A DNA stretch of 64,000 nt from an uncultured Anaerolineae bacterium (GTDB lineage: Bacteria; Chloroflexota; Anaerolineae; JAFGEY01): contig CAYZYE010000002.1 of NCBI GenBank assembly GCA_964481205.1, forward strand, positions 3,532 to 67,531, read 5' to 3'. Within the stretch, counting starts at the first letter, position 1. Each line of letters begins with the position of its first letter. Shown here in pieces: positions 27,296 through 35,792 of this stretch. Under the pieces are notes generated by a model. It saw nothing but the letters and a program-made list of their open reading frames with translations. It was not told where the DNA came from and searched no databases. Position numbers and translations under genes: made by a program.

Positions 27296-29377
27296 TTACT
27301 GCCCCAGCGCCTCCAGCGCCTCCTCGCGGCGATTGATCGCCCACTCGTAATCGCCGTCGATCTCGATCGCGCGATCAAAGGCCATGATCGCCTCTTGATA
27401 GCGCTGCGCGTCGACCAACAGTTGCCCCTTGTGCGCATAGGCCCAACTGTACTGATCGTCGAGCAAAATGGCCTCGTCAAACGCGGCAATGGCTTCATCA
27501 TAACGCGCTTGCAGGCGCAGCGTTTCGCCCTTTTCAGCCCAAACCCAGGGCAAAGTCGGATCCACCTCGGTGGCCCGATCCAGAGCGGCTATGGCGTCCG
27601 TCAGACGCTCCAGTTGCCGGAGCGTCTGACCAATACTGCCCAGCGCCCAGGCATAGCGCGGCTGCAAGTCGATGGCCCGTTCAAAAGCCGCCAGCGCCTC
27701 CTCGTACTCGCCGGTCTGGCGCAGCGTTTCGCCCTTTTGCGCCCACACCCAGGACATTTGATCATTCAACTTGATGGCCTGGTTCAGCGCCACCAGCGAT
27801 TCCTCATAACGGTTGGTATGGCGCAGCGCAAGCCCCAGGTTGCCCCAGGCCCAGGGATAATCTTTATCCAGGCTAACCGCCTGCTGAAACGCCTCGACGG
27901 CCTCTGGATAACGCTTGAGCAGCCGCAAACTCTCGCCTTTTTCACCCCAAATCCAGGCGATGGCGCTGTCGGCCTGGATCGCCCGCTCGATGGTCTCGAC
28001 CGCCTGTTCATATTGCTCCGACATGCGCAGGGCTTGAGCCATACTTCCCCAGGCCCAGGCATAATCTGGGTCCAGCTCGACCGCACGCCGAAAAGCCGCA
28101 ATCGAATCATCATACCGTTCCATTTGACGCAGTGTTTCCCCTTTGGAACCCCAGGCCCAGGCATAGTCCGCGTCGAGTTCAATCGCCTCGACCAATGCGG
28201 CCAGCGCATCCTCGTAACGTTTGGCCTGTCGCAGCGCCTCGCCGCGATGCGCCCAAGACCAGGAATAATCGCGCCGGATCTCGAGGGCGCGCGCAAAGGC
28301 GTCCTCGGCCTGATCAAAGTCCCCATTTTGGCGATACGCCTCGCCCAAATGCGCCCAGGCCCAGTCGTTGTCCTGAACCAGCTGCACCGCGCTTTGAAAA
28401 GCGGCGATCGCTTGATCATAGCGACCCAATTCACGCAGGGCTTCGCCTTTTTCGGCCCAGACCCAACTTTCCGGATCGAGGGCCAGGGCGCGTTCGAGCG
28501 GTGCCAAAGCTTCCTGGTATCGATCTACCTGGCGATAGGCCTGCCCCAGGCTGGCCAGCGCCCAGGCATAGTTGGGGTCAACGGTAATGGCTTCCAAAAA
28601 GGCGGCGATCGCTTCATTAAAGCGGTCCAGTTGGCGCAACGCCTCGCCTTTGCTGGCCCATGCCCAGGCATATTGGGCATCGACGGAAACAGCGCGGTCC
28701 AGCGCCTCGACCGCCTCGTCGTATTGACCGGCCACCCGCAACGCCTCGCCCTTGTGCGCCCACGCCCAGGCGTAATCGGGGTCCAGCTCGATGGCGTGAT
28801 CGAACGCCGCCATCGCCTGGTCATAACGCCGCGCCTGGGTCAACGTCTCGCCCTTTTCTGCCCAGGCCCAGGCATTGTCCGGCTCGGCGCTCAATACCTG
28901 CTCGAATACATCCAACGCATCTTCAATTTGCCCATTTTGACGCAGCGCCTGCCCTTTGCTCGACAGCGCCCAAATGTTTTCGGGGTTGATTTCGATGGCC
29001 AGATCAAAATATTCGAGCGACTCTTGATAGCGCCCCATCTCACGCATCGACTCGGCGAGATGCGCCCAGGCCCACTCGTATTGGGGATCGATCTCGACCG
29101 CGCGTTGAAAGGAAGAGATTGCGCGCTCGTATTGGCCCGCCTCGCGCAGCGTCTCGCCGCGATGCGCCCAGGCCCAATCGTATTTGGGATTAAGCTCCAA
29201 AGCGCGATCAAAGGCCGAGACGGCCAAATCGTATTGGCCTTGCTCGCGCAAAGACTCGCCGCGCCTGGCCCAATCTTGGGCAAACTGTGCGCTGTGCCCC
29301 GCCGAAAGGATATTCAAATGCGCCTTGACTGACTTGGGTGATTTTGGTTTAGACCACTTGTCTACCTGACCGGTCAT
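27296..29377 (-). CDS. Tetratricopeptide repeat protein with ~20 highly regular TPR units
   Basis: 34-aa repeats of the pattern D..YAWAWA.KGEAL...RY.EA..AFD.A.ELDP. The start is at MTGQVDK with an AGGAGA RBS. The ORF extension further upstream runs into the MITE. Confidence 0.85.
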   Translation of the reverse strand: MTGQVDKWSKPKSPKSVKAHLNILSAGHSAQFAQDWARRGESLREQGQYDLAVSAFDRALELNPKYDWAWAHRGETLREAGQYERAISSFQRAVEIDPQYEWAWAHLAESMREMGRYQESLEYFDLAIEINPENIWALSSKGQALRQNGQIEDALDVFEQVLSAEPDNAWAWAEKGETLTQARRYDQAMAAFDHAIELDPDYAWAWAHKGEALRVAGQYDEAVEALDRAVSVDAQYAWAWASKGEALRQLDRFNEAIAAFLEAITVDPNYAWALASLGQAYRQVDRYQEALAPLERALALDPESWVWAEKGEALRELGRYDQAIAAFQSAVQLVQDNDWAWAHLGEAYRQNGDFDQAEDAFARALEIRRDYSWSWAHRGEALRQAKRYEDALAALVEAIELDADYAWAWGSKGETLRQMERYDDSIAAFRRAVELDPDYAWAWGSMAQALRMSEQYEQAVETIERAIQADSAIAWIWGEKGESLRLLKRYPEAVEAFQQAVSLDKDYPWAWGNLGLALRHTNRYEESLVALNQAIKLNDQMSWVWAQKGETLRQTGEYEEALAAFERAIDLQPRYAWALGSIGQTLRQLERLTDAIAALDRATEVDPTLPWVWAEKGETLRLQARYDEAIAAFDEAILLDDQYSWAYAHKGQLLVDAQRYQEAIMAFDRAIEIDGDYEWAINRREEALEALGQ

Positions 29378-29437
29378 TGGGTCTCCTGTACAACACATGG
29401 TGAAAAGCGCCAAACTTGAGATCAGTACAGGGCTGTT

Positions 29438-29600
29438 CAATTCTAATGTGTGACTAAAGTCACCGCTGGCGGGCTGAAGCCGGGCGTCCCACCTGCGTGG
29501 ACGCCACCGTCGGCGGGGCCTCGTCGCCGTAGGGGGACGACCAGCCAACGGCTCGCCAAGCGCGGTTTCAACCGCTGGATTGTAGAATTGAACAGCCCTG
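29438..29600. mobile_element. MITE-like repeat, family 1, copy 2 (long form with an internal GGCGTCC...GGACGCC hairpin)
   Basis: Same TIRs as copy 1. Flanked by a 9-bp direct repeat AGATCAGTA on both sides. Confidence 0.75.
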
Positions 29601-29741
29601 AGATCAGTATAACATCAAACCCCACGCGGGTCAAAAAAACAATGACCTACTGCCGGGCAAAAATGCGAAACCTTGCTAGCCCCTTACACGTAATACCATT
29701 ACAGTGAAACACATGCCCAAGTTATCAAGGAGTCATTCGAA

Positions 29742-30167
29742 ATGCAAAGAACAATGGTCGTTTCAAAACAAGACCCCGGCTGGCTGATGCAGCTTTTGTG
29801 GTTTGCCTTGATCGGTTGGTGGTTTGGCGAGTTGTGGATCGCCGCCGCCTGGTTCCTGACGATCACCATCATCGGCGCGCCGCTGGGAGTGGCAATGCTC
29901 AACCTGTTGCCGCAAATCATCGCCTTGCGCGGACACCGCACCGGCATCGAGGTCATCCAGATGGGCAAACAGGCAGTGATCAAGCGCCATAGACACATAC
30001 CACAACGCAACATTCTCTTGCGCATCGTCTATTTTGTGCTGATCGGGTGGTGGGTCAGCGCGCTGTGGATCGAGATCGCCTATGCGCTCAGTCTGACGAT
30101 CATCGGTCTGCCGATTGGTTTTTGGATGTTCGACCGGGTTCCGGCGCTGGTATCTCTGCGCCGGTAA
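29742..30167 (+). CDS. yccF: YccF (DUF307) family inner membrane protein
   Basis: Internally duplicated LIGWW...IIG.P.G hydrophobic repeats typical of YccF. AAGGAG RBS. Confidence 0.75.
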   Translation: MQRTMVVSKQDPGWLMQLLWFALIGWWFGELWIAAAWFLTITIIGAPLGVAMLNLLPQIIALRGHRTGIEVIQMGKQAVIKRHRHIPQRNILLRIVYFVLIGWWVSALWIEIAYALSLTIIGLPIGFWMFDRVPALVSLRR

Positions 30168-30206
30168 CGGATACACACAAAACAAATCTCGAAAGGAGGC
30201 TCATCG

Positions 30207-30574
30207 TGAGCGAAAAACAAGTTGAATTCAAGGATGTCGAAATCGAAGAACCGGTGGTTCAAGAACCACCCAAGAAAAAGGCGGCCAGCGAAAGCGTGAC
30301 CAAAGCGATCAATAGCTTTATGGAAACGCTGGAATCCGCGCTCAGTGGACGCGGCAACTCGGTGATGGTTCGCGTCAATGACGAAGCATTGGCCAAGTTG
30401 GACATGCTGGTCCAGGCCGGCATCTGCAAGAGCCGTTCAGAAAGCGCCGCATTCCTTTTGCAGCGCGGCATCGAGGGCAGCGCCAAGCTGTTCGATCGCA
30501 TCGAGTCGGTGACGGCCAAGATCACCAAACTGCGCGCAGACCTGTTGTCCTCGGTACAAGAACTGGACAAATAG
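30207..30574 (+). CDS. Small ribbon-helix-helix (CopG/Arc/MetJ-like) protein, candidate regulator
   Basis: GTG start after an AGGAGG RBS. An RHH-like segment (NSVMVRVNDEALAKLDMLVQAGICKSRSESAAFLLQRGIEG). The ORF-track start at 30047 overlaps yccF and was not used. Confidence 0.5.
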
Positions 30575-30586
30575 TCCGCCAGTGTT

Positions 30587-30637
30587 CCCCCCTGAACGCG
30601 CCTGGGCAGATATTTTGCCCAGGCGCGTTTTTTTGAC
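30587..30637 (+). terminator. Rho-independent terminator
   Basis: Perfect hairpin AACGCGCCTGGGCA...TGCCCAGGCGCGTT followed by TTTTTTT. Confidence 0.65.
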
Positions 30638-30703
30638 TTTGGCAAGAGCATAGTGGTATGATATAATCCAGGTGAGCACATTTACCGGGCAAGGAGGAAA
30701 AAA

Positions 30704-31132
30704 ATGAATCAATCCAAGGCCGCTGGCGGCATAGCGATCACGATCATGGGTCTCGTTTTTCTTTGTGTGGGCGGCATCCTCGGCGGATTTGGCGTGCTGT
30801 ACACATTGGCCGCCTTTGACGAAACCGCCGCCAACCCCGGCGGGCGACTGGCTATGGGCATCGGCATGATTGCCGTCGGGCTGATCATCTGGTCGGCGGC
30901 GGCAGTGGGCGCGTTCCTGGCCTGGCGTCGAATGCAGCCCAAACCGGAAACCAAGATCACGATCAAGCAAGAGGTCGAACTGACCGGCGACATTGACCTG
31001 GCCTCATTGAAATGCGACAAATGCAACGCCACATTGGACAAAGACGCCGTCACCGTGCAACAAGGCGCCCTGCTGATCTCTTGCCCCTACTGCGGCGCAA
31101 CCTATCAAGTGATCGAAGAACCCAAGTGGTAA
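30704..31132 (+). CDS. Small membrane protein with a C-terminal CxxC...CxxC zinc-ribbon
   Basis: Two N-terminal TM helices. The C-terminus reads KCDKCNATLD...SCPYCGATYQV. AAGGAGG RBS. Confidence 0.5.
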   Translation: MNQSKAAGGIAITIMGLVFLCVGGILGGFGVLYTLAAFDETAANPGGRLAMGIGMIAVGLIIWSAAAVGAFLAWRRMQPKPETKITIKQEVELTGDIDLASLKCDKCNATLDKDAVTVQQGALLISCPYCGATYQVIEEPKW

Positions 31133-31181
31133 AAATACCCAATACCAGTACCCGATCATTTTCTGATCTGAGGAGTGAGTC

Positions 31182-32864
31182 ATGAACTGGAAACGACTGT
31201 TCCTGGTTGTCTGCTTGCTGGGCGCACTGTTTGTCGGTGCCGCCCCCAAAGCGGCAGCGCAGGCCTATCGATTCACGGTCGATCGCAACATATCGCACGT
31301 CTACGCCAACAGCGACGGCTCGGCCACCATTGAATACGCCCTCACTTTTAGCTGCGCCCCCGGCGCGCACCCCATCGACATCATTGACGTTGGGCTGCCC
31401 AACAACAGCTATGACCTCGACTCGGCCCAGGCCTGGTTTAGTCCTGGCGCCGGCGGAGAGAAACGACACGCACTGACGAAAATCTATAAATCGTCCGAAG
31501 TCGCGATCGGCGTCGAAGTCCACCTGGGACAATACACGATCAAACCGGGCAGCCAGGGCACGCTCATGTTCCGAATCACGGTCAGGGAAATGGTCTATGC
31601 AGACAGCAAAGACCAGGATTACGCCAGCCTCGAATTTGCGCCCACATTTTACGGCAAAAAATACACCCGGGGCGAAACCTACCTCGAAATCAACTTGCAC
31701 TTTCCCCCCGGCTTGAGCAAAGAAGAACCGCGCTATCACAAGGAACAATATCACAAAGCAACAGTGCAAGACGGGCGATTCGTGTTCACCTACATCTATC
31801 CCAACGCCACCGGTTATGAAACCCACCGGCACGGCATCTCGTTCCCGCGCAAATATGTGGACAAGGTCTACAAAGCGCCGCTAATGATCGGCGGACGCCC
31901 CTTTGACGAGTGGGTCAACATTGTAGTCGAAAAGATCAGCGGCTTTACCTGTTTTGGCGGCATGGTGCTGTTCTTTATCCTCTCATCGGCGATCAGCGCC
32001 GCGCAAAGCAAAAAGCGCAAGATGAAATACCTGCCCCCGGCGCTCTCGGTCGAAGGCGTGGGGATCAAACGCGGCCTCACCGCCGTCGAAGCCGCGATCT
32101 TGCTCGAAACGCCGCTCGACAAAGTGATGACCATGATCCTGTTCGGCATCCTCAAGAAAAAAGGCGTCGTCGTCCTGAGCGAAAACCCGCTCAAACTGGA
32201 AAAGGTCGAGCCCGCGCCCAAAGTCAAATGGCGCGACTATGAAACGACCTTTTTGGAAAGCATCAAAAGCAACGGCAAACTCGACGAGAAAAAACTGCAA
32301 AAAATGGTCGTCGCCTTGATCAAAAACCTCAACAAAAAACTCAAAGGCTTTAGCCGCAAAGAAACGGTCGATTATTACAAAACCATTGTCGATCGCGCGT
32401 GGAAACAGGTTCAGGCCGACACCACGCCGGAGGTCAAATCCAGGCACTTTGATCAGGGACTAGAGTGGATGATGCTCGACAAGAACTTTGACGAACGCAC
32501 CGAAAAAACCTTTCAAAGCGGGCCGGTGTACATGCCGCCCTGGTGGGCCTATTACCGCCCCTGGCGTTCGCGCGTCAACACGTCGCGCATCGGCGGCGGA
32601 ACGGGGTCGCCCGGTCGCAGCGGCGGCAAAGCAGTGACCCTGCCCACTTTGCCCGGCTCGGCCTTTGCCGGCGCCATCGTCAGCGGCATCGAAACCACCG
32701 CCGGCGGCATCGTCAGCAAAGTAGAAAACTTTACCGGCGGCATCACCAGGCGCACCAACCCACCGCCGGTCAGCTCGAGCGGCGGCGGCAGCAGCTCTGG
32801 TGGATGCGCTTGCGCTTGCGCCTGCGCCGGATGCGCCTGCGCCTGCGCCGGTGGCGGGCGGTAA
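31182..32864 (+). CDS. Signal-peptide-bearing membrane protein with a DUF2207-like layout, ending in a Gly/Ser-rich tail with a (Cys-Ala)n repeat (GCACACACAGCACACAGGGR)
   Basis: N-terminal signal peptide and a central TM helix. The tail is encoded by a (TGCGCY)n hexanucleotide repeat at 32806-32850. GAGGAG RBS. Confidence 0.6.
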   Translation: MNWKRLFLVVCLLGALFVGAAPKAAAQAYRFTVDRNISHVYANSDGSATIEYALTFSCAPGAHPIDIIDVGLPNNSYDLDSAQAWFSPGAGGEKRHALTKIYKSSEVAIGVEVHLGQYTIKPGSQGTLMFRITVREMVYADSKDQDYASLEFAPTFYGKKYTRGETYLEINLHFPPGLSKEEPRYHKEQYHKATVQDGRFVFTYIYPNATGYETHRHGISFPRKYVDKVYKAPLMIGGRPFDEWVNIVVEKISGFTCFGGMVLFFILSSAISAAQSKKRKMKYLPPALSVEGVGIKRGLTAVEAAILLETPLDKVMTMILFGILKKKGVVVLSENPLKLEKVEPAPKVKWRDYETTFLESIKSNGKLDEKKLQKMVVALIKNLNKKLKGFSRKETVDYYKTIVDRAWKQVQADTTPEVKSRHFDQGLEWMMLDKNFDERTEKTFQSGPVYMPPWWAYYRPWRSRVNTSRIGGGTGSPGRSGGKAVTLPTLPGSAFAGAIVSGIETTAGGIVSKVENFTGGITRRTNPPPVSSSGGGSSSGGCACACACAGCACACAGGGR

Positions 32865-32892
32865 ACATTACATATCGTAAAGGAGCGATCCA

Positions 32893-34260
32893 ATGTCTAT
32901 CCTTTCTCAACTCAAGCGATTTTTTACCTCGGAACAGCCGCTCGAAAAAGCCATGTACCAATATCGCACCCCGCCCGACGCCGAGGAACGTTTTCGGCTG
33001 CATCTGCGCGTCGAAGCAGACGGCACCGGCATCCTGGTGATCAACGCCTCCAAAGTGCTGCACCTCAACCAGACGGCCACCGAAATGGCAAAAATGATCC
33101 TCGAAGAACTGCCCGCCGAACAAGCCGCCAAACAAATGGCCCGCCGCTACCGGGTCACGCAAGCGCAGGCGCTGGCCGATTACCGGTCACTGCACGACAA
33201 AATCTTTGTCCTGAGCCGCACCGACGAGGTTTGCCCGATCACCTACCTCGATGTGCAGCGCATCGACCCTTTCAAAACCCCCGCCTCGGCGCCCTACCGG
33301 ATGGACCTGGCCCTCACCTATGCCTGCAACGACAACTGTGCGCACTGTTATGTGGCCCGCCCACGCGATTTTCCAACCATGAGCGTGGACAAGTGGAAAA
33401 AGGTGATCGACCGCTGCTGGGATGTGGGCATTCCGCACATCACCTTTACCGGCGGCGAAGCGACACTCTATCCGGGACTGCGCGAACTGGTCGAATACGC
33501 CGAGGATGTGGGACTCGTAACCGGCCTGCTGACCAATGGGCGCAAACTCGCCGACCGCGCCTACCTCGACGGGCTGATCGAGGCCGGCCTCGATCACGTC
33601 CAAATCACCCTCGAATCGCACGACGAGGCAATTCACGACCGGATGGTCGGCGCCGAGGGCGCGTGGCAAGAAACGATGGCCGGGATCAAAAACGCCGTCG
33701 ATGCCGACATTTACATGATGACCAACACCACCCTCACCGACCTCAACGCGCCCACGATTGAAGACACGATCGACCTGCTCGCCGGACTGGGCGTACCCAC
33801 CGTCGCCTGCAACGGCCTGATCTTTGCCGGCAAAGGCGTCGACGTCGGCATCGGCATCCCCGAACACGACCTGGAACCGATCATGGCCCAGGTGCAGGCA
33901 CGAGCCAAGGCGCACGAACTGCGCCTGATCTGGTACACCCCCACCCGCTACTGCGAGTTCAACCCGTTGGAACACGACCTGGGCGTCAAAGGCTGCTCGG
34001 CGGCAAAATACAACATGTGCGTCGAACCAAACGGCGACGTGCTGCCCTGCCAGAGCTATTTCCAAAGCATGGGCAACATCCTCACCGACCCGTGGGAGAG
34101 CATTTGGAACAGCGCGCTGGCCAACTCGATCCGCAACCGCGACTGGCTGCCCGACGAATGTCTCGACTGCCCCGACAAAGAAATCTGCGGCGGCGGCTGC
34201 CCGCTATATGCCGCCGAAGGCGAATACCAATGCCGCGACAGCCAGAACACGGCGGGGTGA
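32893..34260 (+). CDS. Radical SAM / SPASM-domain enzyme with an N-terminal PqqD-like RRE domain (RiPP-maturase-like)
   Basis: CxxxCxxC motif (CNDNCAHC) about 145 aa in. C-terminal Cys-rich SPASM region (CLDCPDKEICGGGCP). The N-terminal 100 aa resemble PqqD/RRE (KVLHLNQTATEMAKMILEELP). AAAGGAG RBS 28 nt after the upstream stop. Confidence 0.85.
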   Translation: MSILSQLKRFFTSEQPLEKAMYQYRTPPDAEERFRLHLRVEADGTGILVINASKVLHLNQTATEMAKMILEELPAEQAAKQMARRYRVTQAQALADYRSLHDKIFVLSRTDEVCPITYLDVQRIDPFKTPASAPYRMDLALTYACNDNCAHCYVARPRDFPTMSVDKWKKVIDRCWDVGIPHITFTGGEATLYPGLRELVEYAEDVGLVTGLLTNGRKLADRAYLDGLIEAGLDHVQITLESHDEAIHDRMVGAEGAWQETMAGIKNAVDADIYMMTNTTLTDLNAPTIEDTIDLLAGLGVPTVACNGLIFAGKGVDVGIGIPEHDLEPIMAQVQARAKAHELRLIWYTPTRYCEFNPLEHDLGVKGCSAAKYNMCVEPNGDVLPCQSYFQSMGNILTDPWESIWNSALANSIRNRDWLPDECLDCPDKEICGGGCPLYAAEGEYQCRDSQNTAG

Positions 34261-34312
34261 GAGCCGATGAAAAAAATGGACGCGCCCCGGCAATGACCTG
34301 GGTAAAAATCTA

Positions 34313-35749
34313 ATGTCAACACAAACCCACCACCTGCATTGGACCCGCCAAGACCAACAACAAAACCCATACCCGCTCCTGCCCTTTGATGTCCCAACCG
34401 GCACGGCGCAGATCACGATCACCTACAACGTCCTCCCAACCTCACCCGAAACCCCCCAGACGCAAAACATCATCGATCTGGGGCTGTTCGATCCGCGCGG
34501 GCACAGCTTTCTCGACGCGCCGGGATTTCGCGGCTGGAGCGGCGGCGCGCGTTCGACGATCACCATCTCGGCCCACCAGGCCACACCCGGCTATTTACCC
34601 GGCCCCATCCAGGCGGGAACCTGGCGCGTGCTGCTGGGCCTGTACCGGATCGCCCCGCAAGGATGCGATCTGGCGATCACGATCACCCTGCAACCGGGCG
34701 ATCCCACGCCCACCGCGCCGCCGGCGTACCCGTCGCCGGGCGTGTTACGCGACCGTCCGGGCTGGTACCGGGGCGACCTGCACTGCCACACCCACCATTC
34801 CGACGCCACCGGCAGCGTCGCCGATCTGGTACAGGCCGCGCGCAGCCAAAACCTCGACTTTATCGCCGTCACCGACCACAACACGATCAGCCACCTGCCC
34901 GATTTGGCGCGGCAGCAAAGCCCGGCGCTGCTGCTGATCCCCGGCATCGAGATCACCACCTATCGCGGGCACGCCAACGTGTGGGGCGTCCGCGAGTGGA
35001 TCGACTTTCGCGCCACCGGCGACGCCGAAATGCGCCGCATCCGCGAGCACGTGTATGCCCTGGGACTGCCCTTTTCGATCAACCATCCCAAACACAACGG
35101 CCCGGCCTGGATGTTCGATGATCTGTTTGACGCCGACGCGGTCGAAGCGTGGCAAGGGCCATGGTGGCTGGGCAACCATGAATCACTGGCCTTTTGGGAA
35201 CGCCTGCTGCGACAGGGCAAACGCATCCCCCTGGTCGGCGGCAGCGACAAGCACCAAAAACCATTCACCGGCGAACTGACGCGCCACGAGGTCGGCATGC
35301 CGACAACCTGGGTCTATGCCCAAAACCTCTCCGAGCGCGCCATCCTGGAAGGCATTCGCGCCGGACACGTGTTTGTCTCCCAATCGCCGCTTGGGCCGCG
35401 CATCGAGTGTACGGCCCAAGCGGGCGGCCAAACCGCAATGCTCGGCGACGAACTAGCCGTCGCTCCGGGACGCGCCATCGACCTGACCTGCCGCATCACC
35501 GGCGGCGCGTCATGCGCCGAAAACGGCGGCCTCTTGCGCGTGATAGACAAAAACGGCGAGACGCGCCGCGTCCGCATTGACGCCGACGACTGGCGCTACA
35601 CCTGGCAGATACGCGCCCACCACCAGGACCACAACTATGTGCGCGTCGAGGTCGTCAAAGCAACCACCGCCCCCCCGGATCAAGACCCGGCACCCTTGGT
35701 TTGCGCGCTCGGCAATCCCATCTATATTCGAGCGCCAAGCCAGGCCTAA
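34313..35749 (+). CDS. PHP-domain (CehA/McbA-like) metallohydrolase with an N-terminal beta-rich domain
   Basis: PHP motif GDLHCHTHHSD, then DFIAVTDHN and IEIT, with a later GGSDKH. Confidence 0.7.
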   Translation: MSTQTHHLHWTRQDQQQNPYPLLPFDVPTGTAQITITYNVLPTSPETPQTQNIIDLGLFDPRGHSFLDAPGFRGWSGGARSTITISAHQATPGYLPGPIQAGTWRVLLGLYRIAPQGCDLAITITLQPGDPTPTAPPAYPSPGVLRDRPGWYRGDLHCHTHHSDATGSVADLVQAARSQNLDFIAVTDHNTISHLPDLARQQSPALLLIPGIEITTYRGHANVWGVREWIDFRATGDAEMRRIREHVYALGLPFSINHPKHNGPAWMFDDLFDADAVEAWQGPWWLGNHESLAFWERLLRQGKRIPLVGGSDKHQKPFTGELTRHEVGMPTTWVYAQNLSERAILEGIRAGHVFVSQSPLGPRIECTAQAGGQTAMLGDELAVAPGRAIDLTCRITGGASCAENGGLLRVIDKNGETRRVRIDADDWRYTWQIRAHHQDHNYVRVEVVKATTAPPDQDPAPLVCALGNPIYIRAPSQA

Positions 35750-35792
35750 ATGTTCGGGCGGCGACGGCCTGGTCCGAGCAACAAAGCAGATC

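Noticed and set aside
30047-30206. The ORF-track extension of the RHH protein back to 30047, overlapping yccF
   Set aside because: A clean AGGAGG plus GTG start at 30207 lies after the yccF stop. The extension would overlap yccF by 120 nt.
32552-32893. Minus-strand 113-aa ORF rich in AQAQAH repeats
   Set aside because: It is the reverse-strand reading of the (TGCGCY)n SSR and the Gly-rich tail region. It is an artefact of the repeat.
33187-34065. 292-aa minus-strand ORF inside the radical SAM gene. The same applies to 44139..45221 and 45405..46139 inside nnr, and to 54164..55573 across rpoA/rpsD
   Set aside because: They are antisense to genes with unambiguous homology. High-GC artefacts.
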